From Bilabrum cf. latius (taxonomy: Eukaryota), in contig OZ237748.1 in assembly GCA_965178125.1 (NCBI GenBank), forward strand, positions 372,001-436,000: a stretch of 64,000 bases of DNA. Direction: 5' to 3'. The position numbers and the translations under genes were made by a program. The notes under the pieces are model-generated. The model saw only the letters and a program-made list of their open reading frames with translations. It did no database searches and was not told where the DNA came from. Shown here piece after piece: positions 38,257 to 50,200 of this stretch. Numbering within the stretch: position 1 is the first letter of the stretch; each line of letters starts with the position of its first letter.

Positions 38257-40319
38257 CTGAAAGTCCCCACCGAAACATTTGCTTTATTTGGTTATTATCT
38301 AGATATTCTGATGATTGCAAGCTCGAAGCATGGCAGCATCCCGATTACTTGGGTAGTTCAATAGTTGCACTTGGGTGCGCCGAGGTCACTCTTTTGGCTT
38401 GATCTGAGCTCCAAGCCTGAAAATCAGCAGGGTATGATGTTGTTAGCTCACACAGTATCATGATTACAAATATACTTTTTGTGTTGAGAGCGTGAACAGC
38501 TGAGGAAAGCTGCAATGCATCGAACCAGAGCTACTGTATAGCATTTTTCCAAAGGCGTGCTGCCCGAATCGGAGGCAAACAAGGCTGTAAAGCATTCAAG
38601 ATATCTTGGCTTCTACATTTCCCCAAAAGAATGTAAAGATACCAATATTTAGAGCTCACGATGCAAAATCTTGTGAGACTGACCGTGATCGGATTAGAGC
38701 TTTGCGTGGAAAGTTCTTGAGATTCGAAGAAAGGTACAGGATCTGTTCAGAATATGTCCGTTCGCTCTAGGGATGAGGTCTAGACTGGTGCTTTCACTGG
38801 AGGCAGCCAGGCTGGGAGGGCACGATGATTGCGTGAAGCTGCTGCAGGAGGCCTAGGGATGATATCTAGGCTGGTGAGGAGGAGGATCCCGCGGGGGGCG
38901 GGTCCGTGGACGTGGTGGAGGCGTGGGTGCGGGAGCAGCGGCTGCGGCTGTGCGAGGCCGAGCACCGGCGGGCCCCTGTGTCGCGGGCCGTGCTGGTGGG
39001 TCACCGGGCTGCCCTCGAGGCGGAGGCAGGGGAAGCAGTCGCAATCGGATGCCGCCCCTGCGAATGGCTCGAAGTCTGCCCCTGAAGGCGCCTGCAAGGG
39101 GCAGACGAGGGGCAGAAGGGGGAAGGGGTGGGTGCAAACGGGGAAAAGGTGGGGGCGGAAGTGGAATGGGTGAGCGGCTAGCCGTGGCGGGCAAGGTAGG
39201 GGGTGAGTCCAGCGATGACGATTACGACCCAGTCGACGCATCGAATCGGCCCGACCCCCTGCGCTGGTCCTCTCGAAGATCGACCCGAATGAGGGTGCTC
39301 TCGCGACAGGCAGCGGAATACATAGAGACGTTTGCGAGAGCCATTGCGGAGGACTGGGGGATGGCTCCGCGACGGGAGGGCAGATGACGAGGGGGGCGCG
39401 GGGGCCTCAATGGCGGGCGAGGAGAACGGAAAGGGTGTGGCTGCTGCTATGGGGGATGAACACAATGGCAGTGATGTCGCCCTCGATACGATGCGCGAGT
39501 AAATTCCCAATTTCGAGGCGCTGATCGATGACGAGGGGGAAGACGCGGAGGACGCGCCTCTGGCGGCGAAGGGGGCGGTGGCTGTGTTGGCCAGCAAGCA
39601 GCTCTAGGCGTTCGACGCGATCGGAGGGAAGACGCCCCCCTTGCTGCCAGACCCAGAGGAAGGCATCTGAGCGCCCTGCCAGCTCTGGGGTGGGGGGGGG
39701 AGCAACGGCCTAGCGTGGCCTGCCAGGGCAGCAGTGGGGTGGCTGGACCCGTTCGGGGTGATAGTCCGCACTGCCTCGCCCGGTACGCGGTGCCCATGCG
39801 GTACGTGTGCTGGATATGCAATTGAACAACAGGCTCCGCTCACGCGCATGCGGATGCAGCCGCGAGCGCGTCTGGACGGGCCAGCTAGAGAGGCTCCTTT
39901 CGCCCGAACCAGCGCCATCCAGCATCTCATACGGCCACAATCGAATGAACACACCATAAAGAGCAACATATCAAACATCTGCCATAGAAGCTGTAGGAGG
40001 AAACATTTGCCGGGCCCGCACGTTTCGGCTGCAGTGGGCGAGACAGTCGCGCCGCGCCGCCGGCAAATTTTCTGCCGCCGATCAAATTCCGGCGCAATCG
40101 ACGCATACGGTCACAAAGAATAGGATAGGAGCTTTTTTTCGCATAATTTCTCCCCGCCCGCTCAAAGACGCCCAGACGTGATCCGGGCGCCCCGCCGGTC
40201 ACGCGCGCGGCCAAATTAGGTTCCGCTCACGCTATTGCGCGGCGCTACCGAATCCGGCCTATTGTCCATCATTCAGCCTGCTTGTAGGGCACTGGTTCTT
40301 ATTGTGATATCAGTTTGAG

Positions 40320-43300
40320 ATGTAAGATAGTGTGTGATCATATTTGACTGCCGGTACCACTTGTTGAGTCTAATACTGCTCCATAGCAGCTGTTGCATCC
40401 TAGCTACCTATGGTGCGTTGGATTCTATCCGCATGAGTCTGATTGACGCGATATATAAAGTGCGTAGGTTAATCTTCAAGCTTCACAGGGCAGACGCACT
40501 TAGATTAGCGGCCAAAAATGGCAAGGTGGACGACCTGAGGGCTTGCCTGGATTCGGGAACGGACATCGACTCCAGAAGTAGCGTGAGATTGAGCTCTACT
40601 GGTCGAGCTGTTGGATTCCCTTTTTGAGCTCATATAATGTGAAGACCAGAAGGTCCACGTACAGACTGTTTCGGAGCTCACCATTGATGGGATGACGGCG
40701 ATCCACTATTGGAGACCTGTTGCACGCCATCGATTCATCGGCGAGCTAAATTAGGGGGCGAGTTGTGAAAGCTAATATGACTAAGTAGTACTGCTGTTAT
40801 TTGTACATGACAGTGGCATGCACCTCTTGTTCTGCTTGCTCTCCGCGCCTGGCCATCAGCGGATCCTCACCCCCCGCCACCAGGTTGCTCCCTTCCCTAG
40901 GGGTCTCAATGCCATCCACGGCTACCCACCAACGGTTAAATCTTTCATTAGGACATTGCAGGATGGTTGGACAGCTGCAACTTTCGCTGCACTTTATGGC
41001 AAGGCGGCTTGCCTGTAGCTGCTCATCGAGAGGGGCGCCAACGTGAACGCTGCCAACAACGTGAGAGAGATAGGCTACCTGGCCAACAGGGTGGGTTGTA
41101 GGCGATACGTGGGATATTCTAGTTGGCTTTAGAGTTAATTATACTGTTTGTACCCGTTCAAGTGGCTGACACGGTATCTAGCTAGCTCCTCGTCGATCGA
41201 GTCGGACCGGATCCCCGACCAGGTGCTCCCCGGTGGTGACTGACAAGGTCTCAAGGGGGGGCGCGATGTATCCTTGCTTTCTCGTGGATGCGGTCGATTG
41301 TATTTTAGTAAAGTTTGACCATGTAGGTCTTCAAGTTTTCGTGCGAGGCTGTTTTGCCATCGCTCAGCCCCGCCCGGCTGGCCCACCTGGCTCCCGTGCT
41401 GGGTGGGGCAGGTGAGTGGTGGCTTGCGGGATGTGGATTCACCAGGATCGTGTCTGATTCTTCGAGGCAAACGCATATTGCTTGGTCGACTTTGTGTACT
41501 TCTTTTGTTCAAGGTTGGTTGTCGATCGATGGCAGCTCCCCGGGGGAGGACAGGACTGGCCTGTGTGACGAGCATTCAACTCGATCCTGATTGCCTAGCT
41601 TGCGCCTCCGATGGGCGGACTTCGATGAGTTTGCACTGATCAGTACATACACAGTATGATTTAGATGCGGCTACTTTGAGTCATTTGCCTTTCAGGACTG
41701 TTTCAAACTGGGAGTCGGAGCGCGCGGAGACTTCCGGCCGTCTTTCTCAGCAACCGTACCCGGCAGGGTAGATAACCATGAAGTATGCCACAGATCTATC
41801 AACTCTGTACGGTGCTGCACAGCCAACGATACGGCCGCCGACCTTCTCCCCAAAGGGCCCCTCGGCTATCTCAGCCCACATGCAGATGCAGAGGCTAGGC
41901 CCGATCCCTGTCGTGATGAAATGGTTTGATAGGATGATTAGTGTATGTTTGGATGGGTTTTGATTTAACTGATTTTGTCCCTTGAACGAGAATCGACCCG
42001 GGGACTGCGCCCCTAGGGCCCAGAGCGACTCCCACCGGTTCGTGCCAAAGCTCCCCCCAACAACCCCACACCCGCCCAATGCCCATACACCCACGCCCAC
42101 ACCCCAAGGACACCCTCAGCTCCCCCCCCACCCCCTGTCTCCCATCCCCCCACCGCAGTATGGCTTCACACCCGTTCATGTGGCAACCTTGAATGGGCAC
42201 AAAGACTGCCTTCGATTGCTGCTTGAGAATGGGGGGGACGTGAATGCGGTGAACATGGTGAGAGAGAGAGAAATTTGATGAGGGAGAGGTTGGTCTTGTG
42301 TGTGTGCTTGTGTTTTGGATGGGTGTGTGTGTCTGTCCGGCTTGGGATTCCCCGCTCCCGGGTCCGAGACCCGCTGGCAGGGGTCCTTCGCGGTGCTCCT
42401 GCTGCGTTGACGGATTGGGGCTAGACAGTTGTGCGCGTTTCTGGGGCTGTAGGTATAGTATGGTATCATGGTTTCGGCCCATCAGCATGATTTTGGGAGC
42501 GAAAACCTGCGATTGGATTGGACTCCGGATCCGAATGGTCGCATTGGATCGCCGATCGGGAGCGATTGGTCGCTCTGAAACGACCAATCGAGGTTTGTTC
42601 GAATGATGGATATTGCGCATAGTTAATCTTGTCAGTTCGCGCATTGACGGATCGGCCGGTTCCGGATGGATGCAACTGCGCTCGCGGGCAGGGTCAGCTG
42701 TTCGTTCGTGAACGTTCAGCTGATACTGGCGTGATCCTGTGATCGACCGGCGAGGTGTCATTCCGGTTCGAGTCTACACTGGGGAAAGAGAGAGATCAGC
42801 CTCTGCGCTATACAGGATAAGCAGAGAAATACAGAAACAGCCTAAGCCAGTAGCTTAAGCCATGGCTAATGGTCGATGGTCCGTGCGATTCTCCAGCGGG
42901 GAGCAGTTGGCTCAGTTCGCGGGTCTGATTGTTTTGATTCTACTGTGTTTCGGGCGGGGGAGTCATATTCAATCGAAATGATAGTCCTGCTGTGGTTGCT
43001 CGCAGAACTGTGGCCGTTCATGAGCGTGTGTTGGGCTATGGAGCGATGCCTGATGCATGATTTGGATTTGTTGTTTGGCATTTCTGATGAATTGATATTG
43101 TCCGGGTCAGATCGATGGTGCGTTTGATGGTTGGCGGGTTTTGGTATGTGTGTGTGTGAATAGCTCTTGGTTTGTTTGTTTTGAAATCCTGTATCAAAAT
43201 GCTTGGGGTGCGTATAGTTTGCCGCTTGTGTTGATTCGCTCGGATAGTCCGCGATGGCAGAGCTCACTTGGCATGCATGGGTCGCTGGCATGTAGACATG

Positions 43301-45981
43301 TGACATGAGTTTCTGCTTGGACCTTGTATAGAAGCATATGATCAAGTGTTTTTGTGGTATTATCCCTGATGTACTGCGCAACTGGATGTTGTGTGTGTGA
43401 TATCCAGCCTTCCTACCAGCATGGCACCTGCGGTAAGACTTGGGATCAGGCCCGACTGATTCCGAGTCGTTCGGGTCCTGGCGTGTGCTCCCAAGGCACT
43501 TCCCTTGGGGCAAGTGCTCGAGTGAAGGCTGAGAAGGAACACGCAGCGCCACAGATATAAAGATCTGGCCTTCGTATTATAACAAATCGGGACCAACTCA
43601 GTGGCAGCAGCCCGTCTCGATCCGTACTGGCTAGTCTTGAGCAGCAATATTTTTATTGCAATGTCTGTATATCTGGTATTGTACCAATGCATGTGGATTG
43701 CTTGCATTGTGATTAATGAGCTGCACAGCCAACGATACGGCCGCTGCCCGGCCCCCCAGAGGGCCCCTCGGCTATCTCAGCCCACATGCAGATGCAGAGG
43801 CTGGGCCCGATCCCTGTCGTGATGAAATTGTTTGATAGGATGATTAGTATATGTTTGGATGGGTTTTGACTTTACTGATTTTGTCCCTTGAACGAGAATC
43901 GACCCGGGGACTGCGCCCCTAGGGCCCAGAGCGACTCCCACCGGTTCGTCCCAAAGCCCCCACCACACCCCCAGCACCCGCCCAATGCCCACACACATCC
44001 ACATCCGCACCCACCCCAACCACACCGCCTGTCACCCCCGTCCCCTGTCTCCCATCCCCCCACTGCAGTATGGCTTCACACCCGTTCATGTGGCATCCGC
44101 GAATGGACACGATGACTGTCTTCGACTGCTGGTTGAAAATGGGGGGGACGTGCATGCGGTGACTGATGTGAGAGAGAATATAATATGTCTGAGTCAAAGC
44201 ACACACTACCCAACTACAACGACCACCCCAAGAGGCAATCGCACTGGGCAGGTCGATGTGAGAGAGAGAGAGATGTTGAGGAAGAGGTTAGTCTCGTGTG
44301 TGTGTGCTTGTGTGTTGGATGGGTGTGTGTGAATGTCCGGCTTGGGATTGCGCGCTCCTTATCGCCGTCCACCTGCGCGAAGTGGACTGTCAAGGCAGGA
44401 CTACGAAGAAGAGGACATGTTTCAAGTAGAGATACGGTAAGATCAAGACCACATTTTGTTGGAAAAGCACGGGAGATACTCCCGGGTCCGAGACCCGCTG
44501 ACAGATCCCTTCGCGGGGCTCTCGCTGCGATGAGGGATTGGGGCTGGACACTTGTGCGCGTATCTCGGGCTGTAGGTATGGTATGGTATCATGGTTCTGA
44601 CCGATCGGCGTGATTTAGAGTCTGGAATCCTGCGATTGGATTCGACTCCGGATCCGACTTGTTGCATCGGATCTAGATTTTTATTAGAAAAGATCGCAGA
44701 TCGGGAGCTAGTGGTCGGTTTGAAAAGGCCAAGAGAGGTTTTGTTCAAATGATACTATGGATAGTTCGAGTCGGCAGTTTGAGCATTGACTGATGGACAG
44801 GTTCCTGAAGGAGGGAACTGCGCTCGCCTTGGCTGGTGGTCGATGCTCCATTCGATTCTCAAGCGGAGATCGGGTGGCTCGGTTAGCGGGTCTGATTGTT
44901 TTCATTTTTGTCAAGTTCGCCCTTTTAGCATGTTGTTGGAGGCGGGGGGTCATATCCATCCGAGTAGATTTGCTGCTGTGGCTGCTCGCGAGACCAGTGG
45001 CCGTCCATGAGCGTGCGTGTATCAGATCTTGTAATGCGGCTTCCTGTACTCGTACCAGCGCGACATCTGAACTCTGTGGTAGCAGCCCATCTCGATTGGC
45101 ACGGGCTTATCTTGAGCAGCAATGGTTTCATAGCAATATACCTGTGTCTAGCATTGAACAGATGTCTTTGGATTGCTTGTTGCCATTGGACATGGTTTGG
45201 CAATGCACCTGGCGCTACATCACACTGTCTTTGACTCGATGCCGGACCCACGCACAAGACCGAGAACACCGGTGGCAGATGTGCTGCATGGATTCAGGCA
45301 CTTAAACGTGTCGACGGAATACTTGTGAGAGAGAATCGTGTTGGCTCATGACCTTTCAGAACCCTTCGATTCAACCGCAGGATGGAGACACTCCCCTCCA
45401 TGGGGCAGCGTACTAGGGTCACACCGCCTGCGCCACCATCCTCATGGAGGCAGGGGCCCGCAGGAACATCAAGAACAGCGTGAGCTACCCGAACTGCCTC
45501 GCAACAGCACTAATTATGCTTGTATCCATTGTGCTGCCTGATGAATCGATGGATGCTGTTAACGCTTATTCACCCGCTGTGCATCCCCCCACACCACACG
45601 ACCTGTCCTGTGCCCCTCTCCCTCGCTTTTTGGATGGAGCAGGATGGCAAGATTCCAGTCGAGTTGGCAGACTCTAACGGCAAGACCAAGACAACTGCTG
45701 CCATCCGGTCATGTATTACCTCTCGAGTCCTTAGAGCCCTTTGCTGGAGGAGGGCAGTGGAAGCAAAGAGAGATGCTGGGATGGTGTTTCAGGCAGCGAG
45801 TGAGGGGCGGCCTATGGAGCTGGCCAGGAGGCTGAGGCTAGGCAAGCTGGCTGGTGGGTTGGAGACGAAGGGAATAGCGATACATGGCAGTGGGAGCTCT
45901 AGGCTGGTGCTTCCACTGGAGGCAGCGAGGCTGGGTGGACACGACGATTGCATGAAGCTGCTGCAGGAGGCCTAGGGATGA
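40320..45981 (+). CDS. Ankyrin-repeat protein, copy 5 (two C-type exons)
   Basis: Exons 40320-40321, 40489-40582, 40962-41060, 42159-42257, 44069-44167, 45381-45479, 45643-45981. Confidence 0.8.
41699..41814. mobile_element. Short insertion, family 2
   Basis: Precisely interrupts tttcaggac|ctgcacag, no TSD. First 40 bp or so shared with the 18371 copy. Confidence 0.6.
42685..42855. mobile_element. Short hairpin-led insertion, family 1 (shortest)
   Basis: Same left end as the other copies. About 7 bp of host sequence (cctggcc) is missing at the site. Confidence 0.75.
43431..43594. mobile_element. Singleton structured insertion
   Basis: Interrupts ggcacctg|aactc with no TSD. Nested inverted repeats ttggga/tcccaa, cccga/tcggg, gcactt/aagtgc. 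Confidence 0.5.
44359..44478. mobile_element. Singleton insertion with subterminal hairpin
   Basis: Interrupts gctcccgggtccgag. gtccac...gtggac hairpin near the left end. ctcc on both sides. Confidence 0.45.
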
Positions 45982-47234
45982 GGTCTAGGCTGGTGAGGAG
46001 GAGGATCCCGCGGGGCGCGGGTCCGTGGACGTGGTGGAGACGTGGGTGCGGGAGCAGCGGCTGCGGCTGTGCGAGGCCGAGCACCGGCGGGCCCCTCTGT
46101 CGCGGGCCGCGCTGGTGAGTCACCGGACTGCCCTCGAGGCGGAGGCTCGGGAAGCAGTCGCAATCGGATGCTGCCCATGCGAGTGGCTCGAACTCTGCCT
46201 CCGGTGGTGCCATCAATGGGCAGACGAGGGATAGATGGAGGAGGGGTGTGTGCAAACGGGGAAAGGGCGAGGGCGGAAGTTGAATGGCTGAGCGACTAGC
46301 CGTGGCGGGCAAGAGCATGGGGTGGGTCCAGCGAGGACGAGTACGACCCAGCGGACGCCTCGAAGTGGCCCGACCCCCTGCGCTGGTCCTCTCGAAGATC
46401 GAGCCGAATGAGCGTGCTCTCGCGATAGGCAGTGGAATACAAAGAGGCATTTGCGAGAGCCATGGCGGAGGACTTGGGGGTGGCTCCGCGACGGGAGGGC
46501 CGATGACGAGGGGGGCGCGGGGGTCTCAATGGCGGGCGACGAGAACGGAAAGGGTGTGGCTGCTGCTATGGGGGATGAACACAATGGCAGTAATGTCGCC
46601 CTCGATACGATGCGCGAGTAAATTCCCAATTTCTAGTCGCAGATCGATGACGAGTGGGAAGACGCGGAGGACGCGCCTCGGGCGGCCAGGGGGGCGGCGG
46701 CTGTGTTGGCCAGCAAGCAGCTCTAGGCGTTTGACGCGATCGGAGGGAAGAAGCCCCCCCTAGCTGCCAGACCCAGAGGAAGGTCACTGAGCGCCCTGCC
46801 ATCTCTGAGGTGGGGGGGGGGGGGGGGCAACGACCTGGCGTGGCCTGCCAGTGCCGTATTGGGGTGGCTGGACCCGTTCTAGGCAAACCCCCGCACTGCC
46901 TCGCCAGGTTGGGGGTGTTCCATGCAGTCCATGCGATAGAAACGCAATGCAACAACAGGCTGCATCCCGGCTGCAGCCGAATTCGATCATCTTGCAACAA
47001 TCGATGTCTAGCGCTTGTCGATACAAATGATGTACTTAAGTTCAGTGACACAATGAAATAGACAATTTCATCTACATGGACTGCGCCAGAGGCCCATCCC
47101 GGATACGTGATCTGGGCGCCTCTCCGGCAGTGCGCGGCGCCAAAACAGGTTCCGCTCACTTGAATGTGCCCAGCCGCCGCTAACGAGACTATTTGCTTGA
47201 AAGGCGCTGGTCCCATTTGAGGCAGCAGTTTGAG

Positions 47235-50200
47235 ATGTAAGAGAGTGTGTGATAATACTTTGCCCCCGGTACAACTTGTTGAGGCTGATGCCGCTTCGTA
47301 GCAGCTTTTGTATCCTAGCTATGGTGCGTTGAGATCCCCTCGTGGATTCGATCCATATGAGTCTGCTTCACGCGATACATATAATATATTAGTAAATTTC
47401 TAAGTTTCGCAGGGCAGCCGCACTTCTCCCAGCAGCTAAAAATGGCAAGGTGGACGACCTGAGGGCCTGCCTGGATTCGGGAACGGACATCGAATCCAAA
47501 GATAGCGTGAGATAGAGCTCTACTGGTCGAGCTGTTAGATTCTTTTTTTAAGTCTATATTAATGTGAAGACCTGAAGGTCCACGTACAGGCTGTTTCGGA
47601 GCTCACCAGTGATGGTATGACTGCGATCCACCATTGGAAACCTGATGCACGCCATCGATTTATCGGCGAGCAAAATTAGGGGGCAAGTCGGGGAAGCTTA
47701 TTTGATTCAGGTGCAATGGTGTGCGTACATAACAGTTGCATGCACCTCTTCTTCTGCTGGCTCTCCGTGCCTGGCCATCAGGGGATCCTCGCCCCCCGGC
47801 ACCAGGTTGCTCCCTTCCCTCGGGGTCTGCTTGCCATACACGGCTACCCACCAACGGTTTTAAATGTCTTGGTGCATCGCAGTATGGTCGGACAGCAGCA
47901 TGGAGGGCTGCACGCTATGGCAAGTTGGACTGCCTTTAGCTGCTCATCGAGAGGGGCGCCAACGTGAAAGCTGCTGACACCGTGAGAGAGATAGGCTGCC
48001 TGGCCAGCAGGACGGGTTCGGGCAGGGTCAGCTGTTCGTTCGCGAACGTTCAGCTGATACTGGCGTGATCTTGTGATCGACCGGCGAGGTGTCATTCCGG
48101 TTCGAGTCTACACTGGGGAAAGAGAGAGATCAGCCTCTGCGCTAAACAGGACTAGCAAAGAAACAAAGAAGCAGCCTTAGCCAGTAGCTTTTTTCTCTCC
48201 CACCCACCCACGACTTGGCCAAAGGGGGGAGGCAGCCACGAGGGCTGCCTGGGGATGTAGTGATTTGTGTGAATTGATTGACCCATTGGCAGGGAGTCGT
48301 TTCCCTGAGACGACGGGGCGCACCGGCCGTGCCGGCAGGGGTCGCGGGAGGCGACCCAGTGGACCAGATGACTCCGAGGCGGGAGCCCACCCCAGGTCCT
48401 GTGCCCCGTCGCTCTCTTTCTCAGCGTAGGCGATACTTGGGATATTCTAGTTGGTTTGAGGGCTTAGTATACTGTTTGTACCCGTTCAAGTGGCTGACAC
48501 AGCATCTAGCTAGCTCCTCGTCGATCGAGCCGGGCCGGGCCCCCGAGCAGGTGCTCCCCGGTAATTGATGAGGTCTCAAAACGAGGCACGATTGTTTTTG
48601 CTGTCTTGCGGATGCGGTCGATGGTATGTTGGTATGATTTGACTATGTACGTCATATCGTATTGGTGCGCGGTAGTTTGGCCATCGTTCAGCCCCGCCCG
48701 GCTGGCCCACCTGGCTCCCGTGCTGGTTGGGGCAGGTGAGTGGTGGCTTGCGGGATGCGGATTCACCCGAGTTGTGTCTGGGTCAAGAAGGCGAATGCCA
48801 ATTAATTGGTTGACTTTGTGTATTTCCTTTGTTCAAGGTTGGTTGTCGTTCGATGGCAGCTCCCCGGGGGAGGACAGGATTGGCCTGTGTGACGAGCATT
48901 CATCTCGATGCTCATTGCCTGGCTTGCGCCACCGATGGGCGGAGTTCAATAAGTCTGCACTGATCAGTACATACATAGTATGACATAGATGTTATTAATT
49001 TGAGTCGTTTGTCTTTCAGGACCTGCACAGCTGGCGAGGCGGCCGCTGCCCGTCCCCCCAGAGGGCCCCTCGGCTATCTCAGCCCCCAGGCGGATTCAAA
49101 GGCCGGCACCGGTCCCTGTTGCGATGCAATGGCTTGATAGGAAGATTGGTGTATGTTTGGATTGGATTCGATTTTAATGATTTTGGCCCTCGAGCGGGAT
49201 TCCACCCGGAGACTGCGCCCGTAGGGCCCTGAGCGACTCCCACCGGTCCGTCCTAACGCCCCCCCCACACCCCCATCACCCGCCCCATGCCCACACACAT
49301 CCACACCCACACCCACCCCAAGCACACACCCTGCTCCCCCCCACCCCCTGTCTCCCATCGCCCCACCGCAGTATGGCGAAACACCCGTTCATGCGGCATC
49401 CGCGTGGGGGCACGATGACTGCCTTCGACTGCTGCTTGAAAATGGGGGGGATGTGAATACGGAGAACGAGGTGAGGGAGAGAGTCATATGTTGAGGAAGA
49501 GGTTGGTCTTGTGTGTGTCTGTGCTTGTGTGTTGGATGAGTGTGTGTGTCTGTCCGGCTTGGGATTGACCGCTCCCGGGTCCGAGACCCGCTGGCAGGTC
49601 TCTTCGCGGTGCTCCCGCTGCGTTGACGGATTGGGCCTGGACGCTAGTGCGTGTATCTCGGGCTGTAGGGATGATATGGTATTATGGTTTGGACCCATTG
49701 GCGTGATTTGGGGAGCGCAATCCTGTGATCGGATTCGACTACGGATCCGATTGGTCGCATCGGATCGCCGATCGGGAGCTATTTGTCGCAATGACAAGGT
49801 TCAAAGAGCTTATTCTTGTCAGAATGTGCATGGATCTATATGTTAGGTCGGGCATCGACGGATTGGCCAGTTCCGGAAGGATCTATCACTGCGAGATTGT
49901 TTCGTCATGGTCTACAGTCCTCGCTACGATGCTTGGCTCTCAGGGCGGTGGCGTATTGCCACCTTTGTAGACACGCGTGTGTCTAGTGACCGACCTGGCT
50001 CTATCTCCAGGTCATGTGCTAGTGGTCGGGCAGCCCTGGTATGGGCTGCCGAGTCACCATGCCTCACGGCTCTGCCAAGACTTGGATTGTCTTGGCGAAG
50101 CGGTTACAACCGCTAACAGCGCGGAGCAACAGCCCTGTATCGATTCACTGCCAGTCAGTGCTTGCCCAAGGGGGAAGGTGGGCGGGAAAAATGTGATGAG

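Larger units (their letters stand above)
33683..38769. mobile_element. hAT-like DNA transposon with two divergent genes
   Basis: Termini TAGAGCG...CGCTCTA (inverted). Inserted at the CTAG of an 86-bp unit. More AT-rich than its flanks. Encodes a transposase. Confidence 0.88.
32750..38877 (+). repeat. 86-bp array of copy 4 (12 units), split by the hAT-like element
   Basis: TAG at 32823 and every 86 bp to 33683 (11 units). One more unit after 38770. Confidence 0.9.
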
